64,000 nucleotides of DNA from a virus. The notes under the pieces were generated by a model. It worked only from the letters and a program-made list of their open reading frames with translations, did not search any database and was not told where the DNA came from. Below, piece by piece: positions 41,918-50,200 of this stretch; the first letter of the stretch is position 1, and every line of letters begins with the position of its first letter. Location: positions 1 through 64,000 of the IMG/VR virus record IMGVR_UViG_3300007512_000011; one strand, 5' to 3'. The translations under genes and the position numbers were made by a program.

Positions 41918-42577
41918 ATGAAAAGAGTAATCATTTCCGATACACACATAGGCAGTCAATTCTACAAATCAAGTGAGCTATTAAGCTTTTTAACAAGTGA
42001 AAGCTATGATCAGCTTATTCTAGCCGGAGACATTATTGATTTCATAAAAATCCCGGTCTTTACCAATCGGTGTAAAAAGATTCTAGAAACAATCGATTAT
42101 CAGAAAGAGATCATCTATGTAGTCGGAAATCACGATGAAAGCTTAGTCGGTCTAATAGGAGACAACCTTTTTGGCATTAACTTTGTCAAAAAATATGAGT
42201 TTGAAGAAGGAGGCAGAAAATTTAGAATAGAGCACGGTGATGAGTACACCAAAGGTGCACTGCATAATAAGCTCTTTGTAACACTTCTGTCTGTCATCCA
42301 GAACATTCTTGAATTCACATTTAAGTTTGACTTTACTACATGGTGGACAGGAATTCAGATTAAGCGTCACAAATTACGAAGCGTCATTCATGTGCTTAGG
42401 CACAATGAAGATGTGGATGTCTTTATAATGGGACACACCCATAATCCTGAAGCGTTAATATGGGTGGACGAAGATCAACATATTAAGACTTATATTAATG
42501 CTGGCGACTGGGTCACTCATCAAACCTATGTCACTATTATTGATAGTATCGCTCGATTACGAAAGTTCGAATCATAG
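41918..42577 (+). CDS. metallophosphoesterase, LpxH-like family
   Basis: SDTHIG, GDIID, GNHD, HGD, GHTH, NAGDW; the only plus-strand gene. Confidence 0.88.
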   Translation: MKRVIISDTHIGSQFYKSSELLSFLTSESYDQLILAGDIIDFIKIPVFTNRCKKILETIDYQKEIIYVVGNHDESLVGLIGDNLFGINFVKKYEFEEGGRKFRIEHGDEYTKGALHNKLFVTLLSVIQNILEFTFKFDFTTWWTGIQIKRHKLRSVIHVLRHNEDVDVFIMGHTHNPEALIWVDEDQHIKTYINAGDWVTHQTYVTIIDSIARLRKFES

Positions 42578-42596
42578 CATCTCATCTAATGCATGT

Positions 42597-43031
42597 TTAA
42601 GCAACCTGAGCAGTTTGATTTTTTAACCATGTGTGATAGTCATTTAGGGCATTATCTCTGGGTTGCACATCTTTCCAATCGCCTAAGCAAAAAATACGAT
42701 AAGCATCGGAAGCATACTTTCCGATCCCGTAGAGAACTTCTGGGTTATCCCTCCACTTCTTGTTGATGTAATCATCAGACATTCTCACCAGGGCCTTAGA
42801 TCGTCTCTGTGACAATCCTAGCGGCTGTATCATAGTCTTGACATCTTCAAGATTTGCATTCGACGCTGCTTGTGGAGTTGGGTATTTTAGAAAAAATTCC
42901 CACATATACGGTTCTGCATCAACCCTTTTTGTTAGGTTGCAAAAGATACATGCGACAAATATTTTCCAGGGATCCTGCCAAAGATGCTCTTGAATGAGAT
43001 TGTAAGGTGAGCGTGGGGGCTGCCAGGACAT
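42597..43031 (-). CDS. MBD4-like HhH mismatch DNA glycosylase
   Basis: WQPPRSPYNLIQEHLWQDPWK, PLGL, LYGIGKYASDAY, P.D..L..Y. Confidence 0.88.
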   Translation of the reverse strand: MSWQPPRSPYNLIQEHLWQDPWKIFVACIFCNLTKRVDAEPYMWEFFLKYPTPQAASNANLEDVKTMIQPLGLSQRRSKALVRMSDDYINKKWRDNPEVLYGIGKYASDAYRIFCLGDWKDVQPRDNALNDYHTWLKNQTAQVA

Positions 43032-43046
43032 AATATCTCCTGAGTA

Positions 43047-43076
43047 ATTTTAAATCATACACTGCATTTTTACACG
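43047..43076 (-). promoter_or_regulatory. CGTGYAA-N17-TAnnAT promoter (CGTGTAA/TAAAAT)
   Basis: Motif copy; the -35 element overlaps the upstream stop codon. Confidence 0.75.
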
Positions 43077-43726
43077 TCTTCAGACCAGCCTCTCATCTCT
43101 GCAAAAGCATTCATTAACTCAACTTTTTCCTCTGGGCTACTAAGTGCCCATGTCCAAATTAGCGTCATTTTTATTTCTTCTATCTTACCTTCTAAGTCAA
43201 AAATTTCAGAATTGAGATACTGGGCTAGATCTTCTCCATCACTAGGCATCTCAACACCTAGCTCCGATGCAGCTTCAACCAATCCAGAAAAATTCCCGCT
43301 TTGATATGCATCAGTTGCAAGCGTGTAGAGGGAAACCAATTTTTCTCGTAGTTTTTCACTAAGACTATCTGGAACTTTATCAGGATGAGTTATAACTGCC
43401 ACATCTCTGAATAGCTGTTTGGCCCATCTGGGCTGATTTTTTGCAGAGGATGTATCAGAGATTTCTAAATCTTCAATCTCCTCACGATCACTCTCGCTGG
43501 TGGTCAGCACTTCCTCAGCCATGGGGTCAGAGTCATTTGTGTCATCTGTATCTAATGAGGCATCAGAAATCTCGTCATCCTCAGCACCCATTTCTTTCTT
43601 TTTTGTAATAGCGTCAGTAAAGAACTCTATTTTTGCCTTTTCGTATATTTGCTGGCACTCTGCAAATTCTTCCTTGAGATACTTTATTTGATACACAAGC
43701 TTATGAATCTTGTGGCTATGGGACAC
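43070..43726 (-). CDS. protein with internal J-domain-like HPD motif
   Basis: KQLFRDVAVITHPDK...ATDAY. Confidence 0.65.
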   Translation of the reverse strand: MSHSHKIHKLVYQIKYLKEEFAECQQIYEKAKIEFFTDAITKKKEMGAEDDEISDASLDTDDTNDSDPMAEEVLTTSESDREEIEDLEISDTSSAKNQPRWAKQLFRDVAVITHPDKVPDSLSEKLREKLVSLYTLATDAYQSGNFSGLVEAASELGVEMPSDGEDLAQYLNSEIFDLEGKIEEIKMTLIWTWALSSPEEKVELMNAFAEMRGWSEDV

Positions 43727-43763
43727 AATCTATCTCGATTTCTGTAATATGCGTTGTGCCGAT

Positions 43764-44252
43764 TTATTCACTTGTGCGCTCTTCAAAATGCCTTATGTCT
43801 TTTAACTTTTCTGGTCTCGTTCCTGCTTTGCGACGATTTAAATTTTCACCATTTTCAACACGCTCTTGCACACGATTGTGTGCTTCGATCTCTGTCTGCT
43901 TCTCTACTATATGCTCATCTATTGATTGTGCGTATACCTGGAAGCCTTCGACCATGCCTATTCTCTTAGAGAGAATATGTCTTTCATTTGACACGTACTC
44001 AACTGAGTAGCTCTCTAGCTTTTGCAGCGCAGAACGTGCAATTTCAGCCCTTTCTTCAAGAGATTCAGCATCTTCTAGCTGTTCTCTAGTGCTTTTAATA
44101 AAGGCAGAAATTGCAGCACAAGGAACGCTTACTGACTCGAGACGTATCTGATCAATTTGCACCTGTCTTGACACTTTTTGAATGTTCTCATCAAGCCCGA
44201 CACGAACATCTTTCAGAACATTGATATGGTATTCTAAACTACTACTTGACAT
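43764..44252 (-). CDS. hypothetical helical protein
   Basis: GAGGA SD; 162 aa. Confidence 0.65.
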   Translation of the reverse strand: MSSSSLEYHINVLKDVRVGLDENIQKVSRQVQIDQIRLESVSVPCAAISAFIKSTREQLEDAESLEERAEIARSALQKLESYSVEYVSNERHILSKRIGMVEGFQVYAQSIDEHIVEKQTEIEAHNRVQERVENGENLNRRKAGTRPEKLKDIRHFEERTSE

Positions 44253-44284
44253 TTATATATCCTCAAATTACACATCATAATCAT

Positions 44285-44321
44285 AAATAAATCGTCCCCG
44301 GAGTTAAACCCCGGGGACGAT
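44285..44321 (-). terminator. intrinsic terminator
   Basis: ATCGTCCCCGG/CCGGGGACGAT stem followed by TTTATTT. Confidence 0.85.
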
Positions 44322-44344
44322 AATAATCATCAATTTTGTTAGCT

Positions 44345-46849
44345 CTATCTGTTGATTTCGAATGTCGTTATGACATCTCCCTCCTCAAGATTGAAGAAGA
44401 ACTTAATTGATCCTGTCGTTGTACAACCAATGCCGACTGAATAGTCACCATTTGCAGCGCTTGTTCCAGATTGCATGTACTGACCGTTTAGGTAGACATC
44501 CAGCGCTCCGTATGGATCATGTCTAGCTTTAGTGTTGTTGAAACCTGTCTGTGATGTAGCTCCATCACCATGGATGATGATCTCAGATCCATTTGAATAA
44601 GTTCCTGTGACATTGTAAAAGTTTCTAGCCTTAGATCCTGACGGTGACAAGTCGACCCCAGTCACACCTATAGTAATCGCAGTGTTTGAACCTGAGGTTA
44701 TTACGATATTTGATCCTGCCTCGATGAATGACTTGCCGTTGGATAGACGTGTTATCGATCCACTAATTCCTTCTGGGAATCGAACACCTGTTGCTGCTGG
44801 AGATCTAATTGCTCCTGTTACAGTGAATGAGGATACATTACCTGATACGTAGAGACCTGATGTTCCTACTCCTAGCACCTGTGTACCATTTACCTGTAGG
44901 TTAACTCCTGTCTTTCCATCTAGGGTCAGCAACCCTGCATCTGTTTCTATCTCAGTGGCAACTGATGATTCAATGACCTTGGCTACATTGCTCCGAATTG
45001 TTCCAGTTAATTCAAATCCTGAGACTGATCCTGAGAGATAGACACCTGCAGGTCCGACTGAGAGCTGTGTTGCTGTGTCGACAACCAGATTAACTGCTGT
45101 TGTACCGACGAGGCCTAATGAACCGGCCTTTGCCATGATCTCTGTTGCAGCTGATGACTGTATTGCTCTAGCAGCACTTGTCTTAATTGTCCCTGTGACA
45201 CTAAAGTCTGAGACTGATCCAGAGAGATAGACACCCTTGGGTCCGACTGAGAGCATTTGAGCGCCGTTGGCCTGAAGGGCTACACCAGATTTACCGTCTA
45301 ATGTAAGAGCTCCGGCAGCTGTTTCTATCTCTGTCGCAATTGATGACTCTATAACCTTGGCTGCACTGTTCTTAATCGTTCCAGTTAGATTGAAATCTGA
45401 GACTGATCCTGATAAGTAGGTAGCGAATTCCGAGGCAATCCGGGTTATTGAGAGCAATCCAGCTGTCTTGTTAAACGAGAAACCTGGATCTCCACCAAAA
45501 TCACCACCGTCATTAAACTGAACCGAAGTGTTTTCTCCTCCGGGATCTGCTGTACCAGTCGTAGCTGAAATTGTTAGAGCACCTGAGGAGCCTGTGTTGA
45601 TCGTGATGTTTGTCCCAGCGATCATGTACTCAGATCCATTGGCCAGGGTCGTAAGAGATCCACTTAGTTTATCAACGAAGACTGATCCAGAGAGATGAAG
45701 CGGACTGACAATTGCGCCTGAGACGTATATGTTCGGTGGGGCCTGGCCTCTTGTGAGTGATGAACCACTCAGGTCTCCTAGCACAATTGATCCCGATCTT
45801 AGTCTAATGTATGAACTTCCGCTGTATTGCAGCTGAACACCGCCAGCGCCGTCTACATCAAATGATCCTGCGAGTGTTTTTATTGTAGTTCCAGCAGATG
45901 CTTGTAGTGCAACGGTTGCATCACTCTTTATTGTTCCTGTGACAAGGAAGTCAGAGACTGATCCAGAGAGGTAGACACCTGCAGGTCCAACAGAGAGCAT
46001 CTGTGTTCCATTTGCCTGAAGTGCTACACCAGTTTTGCCGTCAATAGTTAGTGCACCAGCAGTTGTTTCTATCTCTGTCGCAACTGAGGACTGAATGACC
46101 TTAGCAGCGCTGTTCTTAATCGTTCCAGATAGTGCGTAGTCTGAGACTGTTCCAGATAGTTGAATCTGCGTGCCTGCTGCACCTATTCCTACATTTCGCC
46201 CGGTGTCAATGGCTATTACAGTTGTTCCATTTTCCTGGAGGTTTATGCCTGTCTTGCCGTCAATAGTTATTGCACCAGCTGTGGTCTCAATTTCTGTAGC
46301 AACTGAAGATTGGATGACCTTAGCAGCACTATTTTTAATCGTTCCAGATAGTGCAAAGTCAGAGACTGTTCCAGACAGATATATGAATGTCGTCGCCGAG
46401 CCAACTGCTACATTTCTGCTTGTATCAACTGTTATGACTGCGGTGCCATCTTCTTTAATGGTTACACCGGTCTTTCCGTCAAGTGTGAGTGCACCAGCTG
46501 AAGTTGAAAAGTTTGATGCAGCACCTGCGTCTAGTGACAACGCACCGCCGGCGTCAATTGTAATGGCAGCACCTGCATCAATATCAATTCCGCCAGAGCC
46601 ATTTGATGCATCTAGGGCAATAGCACTGCCATGTGCAGCAGTTCCAGTTAGCTGATAGGTTGCGTTACCATACCACGCAGTTGTTCCCTTCATATCTTTG
46701 AATAACGCGCGTACGTTATTGAGATCTTCTTGAAGGTTTGATGCAGAAAGCAACCCAGACCCGATTGTGACAGCATCAACCGCGGTGGTTGACATATCAA
46801 TTGAGCCAGTAATTTGTTTTTGTCTAAGTTTTGTGACCGATCCGGACAT
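44345..46849 (-). CDS. repeat-rich tail fibre-like protein
   Basis: Gly/Ser/Thr-rich; about six ~63-aa repeats; C-terminal VYLNGQ domain. Confidence 0.75.
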   Translation of the reverse strand: MSGSVTKLRQKQITGSIDMSTTAVDAVTIGSGLLSASNLQEDLNNVRALFKDMKGTTAWYGNATYQLTGTAAHGSAIALDASNGSGGIDIDAGAAITIDAGGALSLDAGAASNFSTSAGALTLDGKTGVTIKEDGTAVITVDTSRNVAVGSATTFIYLSGTVSDFALSGTIKNSAAKVIQSSVATEIETTAGAITIDGKTGINLQENGTTVIAIDTGRNVGIGAAGTQIQLSGTVSDYALSGTIKNSAAKVIQSSVATEIETTAGALTIDGKTGVALQANGTQMLSVGPAGVYLSGSVSDFLVTGTIKSDATVALQASAGTTIKTLAGSFDVDGAGGVQLQYSGSSYIRLRSGSIVLGDLSGSSLTRGQAPPNIYVSGAIVSPLHLSGSVFVDKLSGSLTTLANGSEYMIAGTNITINTGSSGALTISATTGTADPGGENTSVQFNDGGDFGGDPGFSFNKTAGLLSITRIASEFATYLSGSVSDFNLTGTIKNSAAKVIESSIATEIETAAGALTLDGKSGVALQANGAQMLSVGPKGVYLSGSVSDFSVTGTIKTSAARAIQSSAATEIMAKAGSLGLVGTTAVNLVVDTATQLSVGPAGVYLSGSVSGFELTGTIRSNVAKVIESSVATEIETDAGLLTLDGKTGVNLQVNGTQVLGVGTSGLYVSGNVSSFTVTGAIRSPAATGVRFPEGISGSITRLSNGKSFIEAGSNIVITSGSNTAITIGVTGVDLSPSGSKARNFYNVTGTYSNGSEIIIHGDGATSQTGFNNTKARHDPYGALDVYLNGQYMQSGTSAANGDYSVGIGCTTTGSIKFFFNLEEGDVITTFEINR

Positions 46850-46915
46850 CTTGTTTTATCTTTATAGATGTGAGGTTAAATTTAAAAACGGACGTCTACG
46901 GAAACTTATACGTAC

Positions 46916-46948
46916 TAAACCTACTTTACGTGTTAAACCTACATTACG
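46916..46948. repeat. tandem 15-bp direct repeat (period 18) in the 5' leader
   Basis: taaacctactttacg / taaacctacattacg. Confidence 0.75.
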
Positions 46949-47026
46949 ATTTGGCTTCTTACACTTTTAAATATATCTGAACAACTAGAAAATAAGATTA
47001 TTTTGAAAAATGTGAAAGTTTTTATC

Positions 47027-47254
47027 TCAAGATTTATACAAGATTTTTTTAAGCGTGCGAACGTGATTATCGAACTTAGAAAAGTCACTATTGACAAAAT
47101 CAATGCTTAGCATGTGACCTTTTTGACCAGGATCATCGAATACAAATTCAAACTTTCCGGAAACACGAGTCGCACTAATTAGCGGTAACCCTCTCATCAC
47201 TAAGAAGGCTGCTAAAGCCAAATCTGACGTTTTATACTGCGTAGTTGTGTTCAT
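47027..47254 (-). CDS. small phage protein (DUF5659-like)
   Basis: YKTSDLALAAFL...G..L...FEFVF. Confidence 0.6.
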   Translation of the reverse strand: MNTTTQYKTSDLALAAFLVMRGLPLISATRVSGKFEFVFDDPGQKGHMLSIDFVNSDFSKFDNHVRTLKKILYKS

Positions 47255-47279
47255 TATCCTATTCCTAATTATTACCGAC

Positions 47280-50200
47280 CTATGTTGACTTAGAATATGT
47301 TGCAATTAGTTGATCACTTGTCTGCGGAACTGATTCTCCAGAAAATGTTATTGTCTTATTGCTTAATGTGTAATCTAGTCCAGATCCAGATGTCTGTAAT
47401 TGACCATTTACAAAAAGCATAACTGTTCCATCTTCAGGTGAATTTGCTAATGTAAAGTCTGTATTTGATCCGTTTATTGATCCACCCGGTGTCTCATTAA
47501 AGACTACATTTGATGTAGAGGAAACTGATACGGTTACTTGTCCTGCGGTACCTGTTGTAATTGTCACATTAGATCCAGCATTGAGATAAGCTGTGCCGTC
47601 TGCTAGTGTTGTCAGTGATCCACTTATCCCCTGTGATACATGAAGTGCACCGCTGACCATAGTGTCTCCGCCGAATACTGCAGTACCTTTATCGGTTGTT
47701 CCCTTCGATCCAATTGAACCTGAGACAAAGAACGCAAGGTCTAGCGCATTTCGAGGCTGCATGTCGGGGGACCCTATTCCTGAACCTGATAGGAAAATTA
47801 CTTGACGGTTTGCGGTGCCATAATGATCTCCAAGCCTCAGTATTTCTTCAGTGGACGAACCATTAAATACGTCGAACCTTAGATCATTGGTGCCTGATTC
47901 GTGTGTAATCGTAGCACCGACAGCGCCCGCTGCACCTTCAAAGCTTATTTTACTATCTTGACTGTTGGCGCCTCTTCTCAGTGTGTATTTTGGACTTTCG
48001 GCATTTAATTCCACCTCTGTCCCTGTAAAGGTAAAAGCCGAGCTCCCTCCAAATGATCCGCCATCGTTAAACTGGACCTGAGTGTTTCCTCCACCAGGAT
48101 CTGCTGTGCCAGTTGTAGCTGAAATTGTTAGTGCACCGGATGAGCCCGTATTGATTGTGATGTTGGCACCAGCTATCATGTACTCAGTACCATCAGCTAG
48201 TGCTGTCAGTGATCCACTAAGTTTACTAGCGAAGACTGAACCAGATAGATGCAGATTACTTTGAATAGCTCCTGAAATGTAGATATTTGGGGGTGCGACA
48301 CCTAGTGTATTAGATCCGCTAAGGTCTCCTATTGTGATTGATCCGGAGTTTAGCTTTATGTAAGAGCTTCCGCTATATTGTAAATCAATACCTGATGCAC
48401 CATCTAGTGTAAGTGTACCAGCTCTTGTCTCAATTTCGGTGGCAACTGATGACTCTATGACCTTTGATGCTGAATTCTTGATTGTTCCAGTTAGGTTGAA
48501 ATCTGAGACTGATCCTGAAAGCTGAATCTGCTTGCCTGCTGTGCCGATTATTACGTTTTGTCCATTATCGATGGCTATAAGAGTTGTACCATCTTCCTGA
48601 AGATTTATACCTGTTTTACCGTCTAGTGTGAGAGCTCCTGCTTTTGTCTCTATCTCAGTTGCAACTGAAGACTCTATGACCTTTGATGCTGAATTCTTAA
48701 TTGTGCCTGTTAGAGCAAAGTCAGAGACAGAGGAAGAAAGATAAGTTCCAGCAGGACCAACAGATAACACAGTTGTCCCATTTGCTTGGAGATTCACGCC
48801 AGTCTTGCCATCTAGTGTCAGTGCACCAGCATCTGTCTCGATTTCAGTTGCTACAGATGACTCTATAACCTTGGCTGCACTGTTCTTAATCGTTCCAGTT
48901 AGATTGAAGTCTGAGACTGATCCTGAGAGATGAGCATTGTCAGTCGTGTGCAGCTTTCCAGCTGTGAGCAGATTAGAAGTCTTATTAAATGTGAGTCCTG
49001 CGTCTCCTCCGAAACTATCATCATCATTAAACTGTACCTGTGTATCTGTTCCTGCAACAGAAGCTGCTGTCGTAGAGATTGTTAGAGCACCGGATGATCC
49101 TGTGTTGATCGTAATGTTGGTGCCGGCAATAATGTATTCAGTGCCGTCTGTCAGTGTTGTTAAGGATCCGCTTAGCTTGCTAGCGAAGACTGAACCAGAA
49201 AGGTGTAGTTTGCTTTGTACTGCTCCTGAGATGTAGATGTCAGGGGATGCGACACCTAGTGTATTTGAACTACTCAAATCACCGATTATTATTGATCCTG
49301 ATCCTAGTTTCAGATACGAGCTACCACTATACTGGAGATTCACACCTGCTGCACCGTCTAATGTGAGAACACCTGCTCGTGTCTCAATTTCAGTTGCTAC
49401 AGATGACTCTATAACCTTGGCTGCACTGTTCTTAATCGTTCCAGTTAGAGAAAAATCAGAAACAGAGGATGAGAGATACGTTCCAGCGGGTCCTACAGAA
49501 AGTACTGTTGTACCGTTAGCCTGTAGATTGACTCCTGTCTTGCCGTCCAGTGTTAAAGCACCTGCTGTTGTTTCTATTTCAGTTGCTGCTGATGACTGGA
49601 TGACCTTGGACGCTGAGTTCTTTATGGTCCCTGTTAGAGTAAAATCTGACACTGATCCTGAGAGATGAACATTGCCAGTGAATGTTGTTCCTGATACCAG
49701 CTGGGCAACGACATTTGGATTAATTGCAACAGTTATATTGCTGCCGGCGCCTCCATCAGTAAGCTTTAATCCAGATCCTGCTGCAAGAACCCTCTCGTTT
49801 GACAGAGACCCTGTAGCGGATAAGACAACATATTGTGCAGCCTTATCAGCACCACCGCTGCCTCCGGTTGCTGTTGAAGCAATTGTTATCGCACCGGACG
49901 ATCCAGTTGTTAATGTAATACTAGAACCTGCAATTAGGTACTCTGAGCCATCTGCAAGAGTTGTAAGTGAGCCACTTAGCTTATCAGCAAAGACTGATCC
50001 TGAAAGATGTAATTCACTTTGCACAGCACCAGAAATATAGATGTCTGGGGGTGCAACCCCCAGTGTGTTTGAACCGCTCAGATCTCCTATTGTGATTGAT
50101 CCGGAGTTTAACTTAATATATGAGCTACCGCTATGCTGGAGATCGATTCCTGCTGCACCATCTAGTGTGAGTGTACCCGCACGTGTCTCAATCTCAGTGG

